From the human T2T-CHM13v2.0 reference genome, Homo sapiens: DNA of 64,000 nt. The notes beneath the pieces are model-generated. The model was not told the DNA's origin. It saw only the letters and a list, made by a program, of their open reading frames with translations, and ran no database searches. Of this stretch, positions 1 to 12,065 are shown in pieces. The translations under genes and the position numbers were made by a program. Every line of letters begins with the position of its first letter. Position 1 is the stretch's first letter. The stretch lies in assembly GCF_009914755.1 (NCBI RefSeq), contig NC_060925.1; one strand, given 5' to 3'.

Positions 1-47
1 GGGCAACAGAGTGAGACTCCGTCTCAAAAAAAAAAAAAAAAAAAAAA
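1..47 (+). mobile_element. Alu 3' end with poly(A) tail (cut by window edge)
   Basis: GGGCAACAGAGTGAGACTCCGTCTC followed by A22 is the Alu right-arm terminus. Confidence 0.95.
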
Positions 48-204
48 GGACAGGAACCAGGGACCAGGTTAGGTAGGCTACCAAGATCACAAGCCAATCA
101 TGCTGAAGAGCCACCAGGCAACAGTGCTGCTGCTGGAGCTGGACAGTGCTCCACAGCAGCACGGACAGACAGCAGGCACTGCTCTCCCACCATCACAGGC
201 ACTG

Positions 205-280
205 GCTTGTATATCCCCTACAATGTCTCTGTTATTTTGGGTTTTCTGTTACATGCAGCCAAACTCATACTCTATCAAAC
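205..280 (+). mobile_element. MLT1-type (MaLR) LTR 3' remnant
   Basis: TTTTGGGTTTTCTGTTACATGCAGCCAAACTCATACT resembles the MLT1 LTR 3' end; boundaries approximate. Confidence 0.45.
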
Positions 281-880
281 ATTACTAAGAAAATTTGAAA
301 ACTTGAAATTCAGCCACTTTTCTCATCATCTTAGATTCCTGCCCCCTGGAAAGGTAGGAAATTGTATCTGTGTGGTGGGACTTTGGCAATGTCTATGTGG
401 ACCTTTCTCTCCTGCCTCAAACCCTCCTCCACCCACTGTCCCAAAGACTCCTGAAGGCCTCAGTTCCTGCTGAAATATCCATATCCCTCTGAGGGGTAGC
501 ACTTTATGTTGTTGTAAGTTTTTGAATTTGTGAAAGACAGAATTAAGAATGTTCTGTTAAAAAGACAAGAAAGAATTTAGAAATAAAATATGGCATCACA
601 GCATATACATAAGCCTCACACATTTGCCTAAAATTGGCCTGCGTGAGGCTAGATCCAAATAGAATATTACCATCATGACCCCTTCCTTATTGTGAATACC
701 AATGGAAATTTTAATACACTTATGATGTTTGGGGCAGGTCTAACCACCTTTGATCCCAGGCAGAACTCCGACTCTCTAGGAAAGAGAGTCACCTGCATTA
801 TCAAGTGAGCACCATGATGTTCTTGAGCCCCATGAAAGGAGCAGGGCAGGGGAAGTTTTCCCTGGGAGAAGGAAAGTAGT

Positions 881-923
881 CCTACTCCTCCTCCTTCTGT
901 TCCTCCTCCTCCTCCTCCTCCTC
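881..923 (+). repeat. (CCT)n simple repeat
   Basis: Run of CCT units seen directly. Confidence 0.9.
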
Positions 924-1172
924 ACTGTCCCATATATCAGACTCTAACAGATAACACTGAGTCTTTCCCTGCCTTGTCCTTGACTTAACAGACACTTTGA
1001 TTTATCTAGCAGTTGCTTTTCTTTTCACTTTAGGATCTCATCAATTTTACAGTTTTCAGTTGGCTCAGCCTACCTGTAAGTGAAGGAATCTATACGTGCT
1101 TTCTGTCTTCATAGCTTTGGGGAAATGTTTTAAGTGGTATTTGGTGATTGAAAGCAAGACATAATCACCCCA

Positions 1173-1555
1173 TGATATGATTAGTCTTTGTAGTCCCCAC
1201 CCAAATCTCATCTTGAATTGCAATCCCCGTAATCCCCACAGGTCAAGGGAGAGACCAGGTGGAGGTTATTGAATGATGGGGGTGGTTTCCCCCATGCTGC
1301 TCTCACGATAGGGAATTCTCACAAGATCTAATGGTTTTATAAGGGGTTCTTGTCCCTTTTCTTGGCACTTCTCCTTCCTGCCACCTTGTGAAGAAGGTGC
1401 CTTGCTTCCACTTTGTCTTCAGCCATGACTGTAAGTTTCCTGAGGCCTCCCAAGCCATCCTGAACTATGAGTCAATTTAAACCCCTCTCCTTTACAAATT
1501 ACCCAGTCTCAGTCTTGGGCAGTTCTTTATACCAGCGTGAAAATGGACTGATATA
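1173..1555 (+). mobile_element. THE1C/THE1D-like MaLR solo LTR
   Basis: Begins TGATATG...GTCCCCACCCAAATCTCATCTTGAATTG; contains CCTTGTGAAGAAGGTGCCTTGC and TGTAAGTTTCCTGAGGCCTCCC; 5-bp TSD CCCCA at 1168-1172 and 1556-1560. Confidence 0.93.
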
Positions 1556-1641
1556 CCCCATAATGAAGAAACTGATGAAGGCCCCTCTAACAGTTTTTAT
1601 ATCACTGTTAAACCACACAGTCTCACTCTATGTTTTAGAGA

Positions 1642-1899
1642 GAAATGGCCAACATCATAATTATCAACAGCATAACTCTCCACACCATACCACCACGATG
1701 CCATCATGTTCTTTAAACCTCCCACTTAGTGGAAGATGGGTGTGACTAAATTGTCAATCCTGTGGTGTCTCTGGAGAGGGCCAATAAGTGGCATCCCTCT
1801 TTGCCTGCAATTGACAAATAAAGTAAAACAGTGGCAGACGGAAGCCAAAATAAAATCTTTATTACAATAAAGACCAAGCAGAAGGATACTATTTAGTAT
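1642..1899 (+). repeat. Local direct repeat, copy 1 (pairs with 2849-3108)
   Basis: Manual alignment gives about 23-24 differences over about 258 bp. Confidence 0.95.
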
Positions 1900-2848
1900 T
1901 TGCTCAAAGGAGGTCCAAGTCACATAAAAGCAAACTGCCAGTCAACAGGTTTGTTTAAATACCAGGGTTTTTTAAAATTCCCTTTTAAATAAAGAGCAAA
2001 TGAGGATAGAAAAGAAACAAGATGGTTCTTTTGTTATTTTAATAGTTTTTGGGTTTTGTCTTGTGTAATTTTTTTCTGTCCCCCTCAAACCCTCCTCCAC
2101 CCAATGTACCAGGCCTGAAAGATCACAAGGCAAGTGTTAATTCATATCCATGATCTGTAGGTATATGGAGAAAAATTTTTAAATGTACTTTTTTGTTCTT
2201 GCTTTTCATTTGGATTCCTCCTGTCAAGGTGCCCAGAATAATGCTTCTGGAACAGATGGAGAAGGCATATGAAGCCATGCTGGGAAGTCATGCTTCCAGA
2301 AATGGTGTTCATGTCAGCCGTGTTCTCCAACAGCAAGAACCAGAAGCGCCTACCACACCATCCTCTGGGCCCCGCACATGTGACCACCAGGACCTTTAAC
2401 ATGTGGCTCTTCCTAATATGTATTAGAAATATTACATATTTGTTAATTTGGTGCCCACTTGTAGAGACCCCATATTTTTCACCTTAAGGCCAACATGAAC
2501 TAAGAGCTGAAGGAAGTGTTGTGGTGACCCAGCAACAGGAGTGAAGGTACATTCTCTACTTTGGCATGATGCTTGTGTTGGAAAGGATCCTGAGAGCAGT
2601 TAGGAGGACAGTAGCCACAGCTGCAGCCAAGACGAACAGGGTCACCCCAGAGGAGCAAAACACTATAGATAGCCCAGAGGGACAGCTGCTCAAGAAGAGC
2701 ACTTGGCAGGCATCTGTAGGACATAAGGATATGGCGGGAAGCACTGAGACTCCAAGGATGCTCTTGTGGTGTCAGAGATTACTGTCTTATTATGGATAGT
2801 GTGGTTGGTATTCCTCAATTTTACCTCCAGACTAACGGGACCTGGGGG

Positions 2849-3108
2849 GAAATGGTCAACATCATAATTACCAACAGCATAACTCTCCATGCCATACCAC
2901 CACGATACCACCATCTTCTTTAAACCTCTCACTTAGTGGAAGATGGGTGTGACTAAATTGTTGATCCTGTTGGGGGTCTCTGGAGGGGGCTAATAAGTGG
3001 CATCCCTCTTTGCCTGCAATTGATAAATAAAGCAAAGGAGTGGCAGATGGAAGGTGAAATAAAATCTTTATTACAATAAAGACCAAGCAGAAGAATACTG
3101 TTTAGTAT
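2849..3108 (+). repeat. Local direct repeat, copy 2 (pairs with 1642-1899)
   Basis: Same alignment; starts GAAATGG and ends TTTAGTAT like copy 1. Confidence 0.95.
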
Positions 3109-3399
3109 GAGAGCCGCAGAATTAGGAGAATTGCTCTTTTAGGTACTGGCCATGTTGAACTGGGGGAGGGAGTCTGCTCACTGTAGATAGGAAGAGAACT
3201 CCTGCTTCTTGCAGGCGGCTGTTTCCCCAGAAGGAAAAGAGAGGGTTGGGTCAAACATGTTCCATTTATTTTTCCTAACTGTGTCAATCAGGCAAGTCAC
3301 TTTACCTCCTCTGGAGGAAGCGAGTAAAGAGATGAAGAGGGTCCCAAATGCCACACCTTCAACATGGTAAGAAACATCAGGAATGGAGAACAAGCACCT

Positions 3400-3495
3400 C
3401 TGTATCATTGCAAAGGTGAAGAAACCAACAGAGAGAAGTTAAGAGATTTCCCTCATGATACCCAATTAGTAAAAGTGATGCCAAGCCCAATGACA
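3400..3495 (-). mobile_element. MIR fragment
   Basis: GGTGAAGAAACCAACAGAGAGAAGTTAAGAGATTTCCCTCATGATACCCAATTAGTAA resembles the antisense MIR core. Confidence 0.6.
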
Positions 3496-3500
3496 CTGTG

Positions 3501-3538
3501 TCATCTACGTATATGGACTCATCTACATATATGGACTC
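3501..3538 (+). repeat. 18-bp tandem duplication
   Basis: TCATCTACGTATATGGAC then TCATCTACATATATGGAC. Confidence 0.9.
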
Positions 3539-5367
3539 TCAGGGCAGGAGGGCTCCATCATACCTGTGGTCCTCAGCCATTTCCTAACCTTCCCCATTTG
3601 CCATATCCTCACTTCACTTGGCTTCTCAATTTTCACTAGCCTGCGACACTCTCCTAAGTTGATATATAAAGCTAACTGATCACCATGACACAACGCCATC
3701 ACTGAAGACCCATGTCAATGAAGTCAACTCCAAATTCTTCACAGCTCAACTTATTTGGAAAGGATGTTTGGGGGAACCTGGCAGGTGGTTTGAAATGCAA
3801 TTTATCTTTCCACTAGATGTCTAGGTTTTATTCTTAAGTAAAGTCATCAAAGACCAATATGTGTATGCTCTTTTTGTCTTGGCCTCATACACAGTTGATG
3901 CTAAGACAAAATTACAGAATAAAATTATCTAATGTATTTATTGAAGGGATATTGTTGAGAATACTGTCCATGTTGATATTCAGTCCACTGAAATCAACAT
4001 ACATGTATACACGTACATACACAAACGCACGCACATACACCTTTTCACCCTAAGAATTTTGTTTGTTTGTTTTTTTGATTAGGATACGTTTTGCTTAAGG
4101 TCAGTATATTTAATTTTGTTGTAAACTTGTCAATAAATTCTGTTTCCCTTTTCGATTTGGGCATCAGAAAACTCAAAACCAAATTTGTGGTTCAATGTCA
4201 GTTAAACAGTAAAAGACGCTAAAGCCTGTGTATCTGCAAATTCTCCCTCTTTTGCAGTTCTCTCTCTTACCATGTCCTCACTCTGTAACAAACATTGTCT
4301 TTGCCCTCTGTCCTATTTTTACTCTGAAGACTACAATATTTGTATTCTATTTTATAGTAGGCTATATATTCTTGCAAGAAATCATAAATTCCATGAAAAG
4401 ACAAAGAAACAAATCCTCTATTTTCTTTCATTGTCTTCAAAAAACTAATTTTAAAATTTTAGAAAAACACTCACTAAATACCTATTACCTGGGCTTTACA
4501 TTTTAGAATCAATACATAAAATTTAATTTTATATAAATTTTCAAATATTTAACAAGTTTTCTCTTCCATCTCAAATCAAATGTATTACAACTAGAATAGA
4601 TTTTCTTTTTAAGTTAAGGTTGTTGACTCATAAATTATTACATTCTATTTTTTAACACAGTAATTATTGAAACTTATTTTCTTTTATCACTAAGCTAATT
4701 CACAGTGTTAAGCATTCACAGAATGAAGCATTTGACCCAGGTTAGTTCTGTTTTATTTCTATAAACATATTCTAGATACAAAATCAAAATCATTAAATAC
4801 TTTACTTTGCCACTTTATATGTCATGTAAAAATTATTGGCAGTTAGTAAATTTTGACAAAAGATTCTCACTAAACTCATCTTCCAGAGGCTTTGTCTGTT
4901 GGCATCTGCAGCTACATTTAATCTCTTTCATATCCCCTTGCCTCGAGAATGGAAAGGATTTTTTTGGTTCTTGTTTTGGTTAGTGTTTTCCCCCAGAAAT
5001 ATCAACTGTTGCTGTCATTCTTACCAAAGGAGGTTATCTCATTGTTGGTTCACATAAGCCAAGCTTATTTCTTGCAAAATATTTTTTAATAATCCAAAGT
5101 CCAACCGCTAGACCAGTTGTCACCAGTTTGGCCTTTAAGATTAAAAGTATAAAAGTGACAGAAAATGAGGCCATTAATTTTATTTCCTGTGTTTACTTAT
5201 TCTACTCTTAGGTACAGAGTGAAGAGAAACTGTTGAAGGCTTTTTAAAATTTTGGATTTTTTTCAATGTCAAATCATGTAACATTTATTTTCTAAAAAGT
5301 AAAATTAGACACTTAGCCCTTATAGTCATGCAGATTAAGTCAAACACTTGACCTTTATTAATTCGTT

Positions 5368-5430
5368 TCTTCATTCATTCATTGAATAAATATTTACTTG
5401 GTACCCACTCTGTGCTGGACATCGTCCTCT
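5368..5430 (-). mobile_element. L2 3' end fragment
   Basis: TCATTCATTCATTGAATAAATATTTACTTGGTACCCACTCTGTGCTGG matches the antisense L2 tail. Confidence 0.65.
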
Positions 5431-6380
5431 GAGAAATTAGGGGAAGAGCAAAGCCATACTGTGGGGGAGGCCAGATAAGCAGAAGCCAAAAGTCGTCGCC
5501 CTTGGGGAGCCAACAGGCTGCTTTAGAAAACACAGAACATCAGGGTCTAGCATACAGCAGGTGCTACATAGATGCAAGTTGTATTTAACTGTACCTACCA
5601 AAATGATTTCAGGGCTCTAATTCAACAACGTATCAACTCCTGTCCACATGAGTCCAGATCAATCTAAGAGCTGTGTGCGTTTCTCAGAAAGCAAGCCATT
5701 AGACCCTGCTAATTTAAATACATCCATTTTATCTCAAATTTTCAGCAAGTAGTCACCTCCTGTTTTTCTCCCCTAAGAGTGTGAAGTACTTTAAGCATGC
5801 AGAATCTGGAGTTACACTATATAGATTCTTTTAAAAATTAAGTTATAACTGACATATAATAAAATGCATAGACCATAAGATCTTGAATGTTCACTTCAGT
5901 GCATTTTAGCAATTGTATATGCCCATATAACCACCACTTAAACAAGATGTAGACCATTTTTATCACCCCAGAAATATTCCTCATGACCCTTGCCAGGTAA
6001 CTGCTTTCTGATTTTTATTACTATAGATTATTTTTGCGTGTTCTAGAAATTCATGTAAATGGAATCCTATAGCACATATTCTTCTTTTACACCTGTCTTC
6101 TTTCACTCAAGTGGTGTTTTTCAGACGATGTTGCATTTGTCAGTGGTTTCTTCCTTTCTATTACTGAATAGTGCTGCATTGTACAGATAGAACATCGTTT
6201 TGTTGATCCACTTCCTTGTTAGTGGAAATTTGGGTTGTTTTAAATTTGGGGCTATTATGACTAAGACTGTTATAAGCATTTGTGTACAAGTCATATTGTG
6301 TAGAGGTTTTCATTTTTCTTGGGTAAATACCTAAAATTTGCTATTGCTGGGTCATAGAGTAGACATATGTTCAAATTTTT

Positions 6381-6952
6381 TTTTAATTATTTTTTTTATT
6401 ATACTTTAAGTTTTAGGGTACATGTGCACATTGTGCAGGTTAGTTACATATGTATACATGTGCCATGCTGGTGCACTGCACCCACTAACTCGTCATCTAG
6501 CATTAGGTATATCTCCCAATGCTATCCCTCCCCCCTCCCCCCACCCCACCACAAGTCAGTGTGGCGATTCCTCAGGGATCTAGAACTAGAAATACCATTT
6601 GACCCAGCCATCCCATTACTGGGTATATACCCAAATGACTATAAATCATGCCGCTATAAAGACACATGCACACGTATGTTTATTGCGGCATTATTCACAA
6701 TAGCAAAGACTTGGAACCAACCCAAATGTCCAACAATGATAGACTGGATTAAGAAAATGTGGCACATATACACCATGGAATACTATGCAGCCATAAAAAA
6801 TGATGAGTTCATGTCCTTTATAGGGACATGGATGAAATTGGAAACCATCATTCTTAGTAAACTATCGCAAGAACAAAAAACCAAACACCGCATATTCTCA
6901 CTCATAGGTGGGAATTGAACAATGAGATCACATGGACACAGGAAGGGGAATA
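6381..6952 (-). mobile_element. 5'-truncated, 5'-inverted (twin-primed) L1PA2-like element
   Basis: 6381-6553 is the antisense L1 3'UTR and tail; 6553-6952 is sense ORF2 end plus 3'UTR start; TSD TCAAATTTTT at 6371-6380 and 6953-6962; diagnostic GAG (not ACA or ACG) in the 3'UTR. Confidence 0.95.
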
Positions 6953-6985
6953 TCAAATTTTTAAACTACTGAACAGTTTTTCTAA

Positions 6986-7656
<671 letters not shown>

Positions 7657-7869
7657 TAATGATAGAGCAATACTTACCGGTCCCTTCCCCTACTTAAATT
7701 TCTCTGGAGAAGGATGTAGAAGTGCAATCCTTTTAAAATCACTAATCATCAATCCTCTCCTTTCATCATACAAAGAAAGGCATTTCTCAAACTCTTCCTC
7801 TTTCCACTCTCTACTCCTTTGCCTATGCTCTTTGCTGAATTTAGTGTGCCCTTAAAACTCTTCTATATT

Positions 7870-8760
7870 GCCCTCATCTGAATTAATTGCCTCATTATCT
7901 AAACACACATAGCACATCTGTCTTCAATCAGACTTCTTCTTGAGCTTGGGTACAATCACATATCTAACCATGTGTACTTAGTGTGTTCAACTGGACATTC
8001 CCCTCAAATAATGAGCCTCCAAATGGAAATCTTGATTCCACCCCCTACAAAGATATTCTCTCTGTAGGCTTCCCATCATGATAAGCGGCACCACCATATA
8101 ACAGCGTGATAAGTGGCACCACCATATACCAGAAACAGGTGCTACATAGATTTCTTAATCCAGAAACTTGAGTATTATTTGACTTTCATATTCAATTCCT
8201 CAGACAGGGCCACTGATCTTACTACCCTCCCTCCCTGCAACCCAGGACCTTGAGTGCATCCACTTGTCTCCATTCTACTGCCACACCTTAGTCCAATTAC
8301 CATCACTTCTCATCTAGATTCCCATTTTGGCTTTGTCATCTTTCTCCCCACTACATTCCAGCTATGTAGTCCTTCATATAGTTTCTAGAACGTGCCAAGA
8401 TTTCTCTTCTAGATCTTTGCATTTGAAATTCCCTTTGCTTATAATGCTCTTGCCTAGCTCTTCATATATCTGGCTTGAGGGCATCTCTTAAGAGAGGACT
8501 TCGACTTCACCAATCTGAAACAGCACCATGTCACCCCCCACCCACCCCACCAACCCTTAGACTTTCTAGCACACCAATTTCTTTATTACCTTCTTAGGAT
8601 TTATCCCAAACTGTGATCTTATTTTCCTTGTTGCTCTCTCCCAGTAAATTGTAAGTTCTGAGAGGGTGGACTCACATCTTTCTTGTTCACCAGTATACCT
8701 CCAGGATCCAGCAAAGTGCCTTGCACATAATAGGTACTTACTGAGCATGAGCATGTGTAG
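7870..8760 (+). mobile_element. L2 3' region containing a 28-bp-period tandem duplication (8079-8128)
   Basis: Ends GTAAGTTCTGAGAGGG...AGTGCCTTGCACATAATAGGTACT; TGATAAG(C/T)GGCACCACCATATA occurs twice. Confidence 0.75.
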
Positions 8761-9559
8761 AAGGAAGGAATGTTACCCTTACAAATTTAAATCTAGGGTC
8801 ATGTCTTTTTCATTTTCTATTCATCCCAATACAGTTCTTTGCAAATACTAGTATAAATGTCTTCTCAGGTGAATTGCACTGACTTCCCTCAATGCTTTGC
8901 AATTTGCAAGCTGCCTTACCTTTCTCAAATCAGCTTTTCTGATCTCACTACATATATTCTCCAATCTTTTCCTCCCATAGCTCATCTATATCCTAGGCCC
9001 AATGCCAAATGTGTTGTTTCTCTTAGAGATTTGTACACTGCATATATAGAGCCGCATCTATAAGATACCAAATAATAGGGTAAGTAATTATAGGTGCATT
9101 CAGGCATTTTAGGGAAGAAAAGCCAGCAGCTTAACAGAGCTGGCTAGTCAGCTCCATCAGACAATAGATCAGGTAGACACGTCCAGACACAAACCCCTTG
9201 CTGCTTCCTGTACCTTCTTCTGCCTGGTATCACTCTCTCCTCTTTGAGAGTGTTTGAGTCGGATCCTCTCAGCCAAGTGGCAGATGGAGAAGTTGTTTGC
9301 AATAGAGATGAGAATATTTTATCAGACTTCCTACAAATGGGATCCGCTGAATTTTAATCTGCCAGCAAAGCACTAATGAAAAGAGGAGGAAAAGTCTCAA
9401 CAGGACATCCTGTAAGGTCTCCTCAGGAATCAGTGTGTTTTTGGTCAACAGTCAGTTGATAGATGATAAACTTCCAAGGGCAACTCAGAGAGCCCTGAAA
9501 CAGATACTTCCCTGGTCTCTCCAGGCGTCCTGTGAAGGCCACAGGGCAGAAGGGAACCT

Positions 9560-9700
9560 GGGTCAGGAGTCAGGAAGTCTGTATTCCAGACCTGGTTCTG
9601 GCCCTGACTCCCTAGGTCACCGCCTGTTGGTGATGTCACTTTCCAGTCTCTCGGTTACTCCATCTGTACAATGGAAAGAATATATCCTATTCTTAGCAAC
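9560..9700 (+). mobile_element. MIR fragment
   Basis: GGAGTCAGGAAGTCTGTATTCCAGACCTGGTTCTG...CCATCTGTACAATGG. Confidence 0.6.
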
Positions 9701-9819
9701 TGAGTGTGAAGATGCTTCAGAAATGAATATGCCATCCAGAGATGAAGCAAAAATTGTTTGTAAAACGAGTATCTTTTGTTCTTTTCTCACTCAGACAACT
9801 CCCCAACAAGCTCTAGATT

Positions 9820-9960
9820 ATAATAGCCACTGATATTTATTGAGCAGTTACTATATGCCAGGTATGTGCAGAGCAAATATATGTACACAAAGTAAACTTT
9901 GTTGCACATTGCATGAATTGTCTCTTTTAACTGTTATTAAACCCCAGGCAGAGAGATAAT
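9820..9960 (-). mobile_element. MIR fragment
   Basis: ATATTTATTGAGCAGTTACTATATGCCAGG. Confidence 0.6.
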
Positions 9961-10212
9961 AAAAAGGGTACTAAGATATCTGGAAATCAGCATGTCTTAG
10001 TAACAGATAGGCAAAAGTTTTCCTATTTAAGTGTTGCCTAGGGGCTGACCAGCAGATGCCTCTGGAAACCAAGGGTCATGGCAGGAAGGGTCATATGCCT
10101 CAGGAAATCTTCACAGGCAGATTGAAATAGGGAGCCACGCAGCCACGCTCAGAAGCACATTGCTGCCACCTCTGAAGCACTTCTCCCTCACTTCCTCCAT
10201 CCCAAATACTAG

Positions 10213-10249
<37 letters not shown>

Positions 10250-10258
10250 TACATACAC
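10213..10258 (+). repeat. (AC)n microsatellite
   Basis: About 14 perfect AC units with degenerate flanks. Confidence 0.95.
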
Positions 10259-10264
10259 AAACAA

Positions 10265-10925
10265 TAAGTCCAAATTTCTTGAGTGCTGACTATGTGCCAG
10301 AGATTGTGCGAAGTGTTTTTACACATGTTATCTCAATTACTAATCACATCAACCCATGGAATAGATACTATTTTTAGCCCCCAGATGATGAATTGGAGAC
10401 AGAGAGAATAACTTTCCCGGGATCAGATGTAAGTGGTAGAATTAGAATTTGAGCCCAACCTCACATATACACCATGGAATACTATGCATCCATAAAAAAG
10501 AATGAGTTCATGTCCTTTGCAGGGACATGGGTGAAGCTGGAAGCCATCATTCTTACCAAACTAACACAGGAACAGCAAACCAAACACTGCATGTTCTCAC
10601 TCAGAAATAGGAGTTGAACAATGAGAACACATGGACACAAGGAGGAGAACATCACACCCGGGGCCTATCAGGGGGTAGGAGGCAAGGGGAGGGAGAGCAT
10701 TAGGAAAACACCTAATGCATGCAGGGCTTAAAACCTAGATGACGGGTTGATAGGTGCAGCAAACCACCATGGCACATGTATCCCTATGTCACAAATCTGC
10801 ACATTCTGCACATGTATCCCAGAACTTAAAGTAAAATAAAAAATGATGTGGCCTTAAAAAAGAAAAAGAATTTGAGCCCAATCTTTCCGAAATCCAGAAC
10901 CCGCTTTTCTAGCCTCTACACTGCT
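10265..10925 (-). mobile_element. MIR split by an L1PA insertion
   Basis: TTGAGTGCTGACTATGTGCCAG...TAGAATTTGAGCCCA, resuming after the TSD as TCTTTCCGAAATCCAGAACCC. Confidence 0.75.
10459..10866 (+). mobile_element. 5'-truncated L1PA7/L1PA8-like element
   Basis: ORF2 end plus 3'UTR (TAATGCATGCAGGGCTTAAAACCTAGATGACGGGTTGATAGG); perfect 15-bp TSD AGAATTTGAGCCCAA at 10444-10458 and 10867-10881. Confidence 0.95.
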
Positions 10926-11109
10926 TCTCGGTGCCTTTTCTTCCCATTTTAATATTTCTGAATTTTTGTGACTGGTGTGCACACTTAATATAGTAGCAGA
11001 GGTTTGGTTTTTTGTTTTTCTAATCCTCAGAAAACAAATGGCTGTAGTAAAGCGATGGTAACTAAGAATGGAGAAAATAGACCTGGGAATATATGCACCA
11101 CAGAGTAGA

Positions 11110-11250
11110 AGGGGCACAGGACTGGGAGGCAGAAAATCTGGTTCTCATTTAGGCTCTGCCAGTAGCAGCCATGTGACCTGAGACAAGCCTCTTGGCCTCC
11201 CTGAGCCTGTATCTCCTGACTTAAAATAAAATGCAGAAATTGAGCTAGAC
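11110..11250 (+). mobile_element. MIR fragment
   Basis: GGCTCTGCCAGTAGCAGCCATGTGACCTGAGACAAG...CCCTGAGCCTG. Confidence 0.7.
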
Positions 11251-11904
11251 GACATTACGATTTCATGCCCCTTCTAAATTGCCATATGGAATCAAATGCA
11301 AGTGAGCATATACATTTATTCTCCTACCAGGAGCTTGGTTTGTGCCTCAGTGGCTCAGGGGTTTAATCCTCATTCACCACATTGGAGACTAAAGGAGTTT
11401 CAATGTAAGATCTCTGCCCCAATTGTGCTGAACATTCCTCTCCATCCCAGGCCCTTTCTGTAGCTCTCTGAAAACACAGGCCGGATCCAAGGCGCCTGTT
11501 CCAGCATCACTTCTGTTTACCCCACCATCAGGATGGTGTCATTTAGCCAGAGCCATCATTCATAGTCACACCAAATGGCCCATGGAAGAAAAGTTGGTTA
11601 CACTCGAAGAACAGATGACAAGTGACAGGCTCCGCTCCTGATTTTCCACAATAACAGAAGAGACCAGCAACTGCCATGGTGGTCCAACACCCGAACAAAC
11701 TACTCTCTTCCAAGCAGGCACGGCCTGCCCATATCTACTTCTCTACAGGGATTAAAGAGCAGTCCCTTGTCCCTAGTGAAGCTCTGCATTTCTGTCTTTC
11801 CATATATATCAACTGGGGAGCCATATACAGGTGGCCCCACTAACCTGAGTTCTGCTGCCAAATGACTTTTATTTTGCAAATAAAAATAAATCCCTTCAAT
11901 TTTT

Positions 11905-12065
11905 AAGAGATTGTAACTGTTCTCATTCCCCAAAAATGGCAAGAAAGTGAGGTAACGCCTACATTAATTGGCTTGATTTAGCCATTTCACAATATATGCA
12001 TATATCAGAACCTTATATTGTATGTCATAAATATATACAATTTTAATTTGTCAATTAAAAATTTG
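11905..12065 (+). mobile_element. L1MA/MB 3' terminal fragment
   Basis: GTGAGGTAA...ATTAATTGGCTTGATTTAGCCATTTCACAAT...AAATATATACAATTTTAATTTGTCAATTAAAA. Confidence 0.8.

Noticed and set aside
1264-1280. DUX4 site normally carried by THE1 LTRs
   Set aside because: Consensus TAATTGAATCA reads TTATTGAATGA here, with two core changes.
1642-3108. Direct repeats read as the two LTRs of a small retroelement
   Set aside because: No TG...CA termini, TSD, primer-binding site or recognisable internal coding remnant.
8136-8151. Exact 16-mer CAGGTGCTACATAGAT also at 5558-5573
   Set aside because: Roughly 0.5 such pairs are expected by chance in 64 kb, and the match does not extend.
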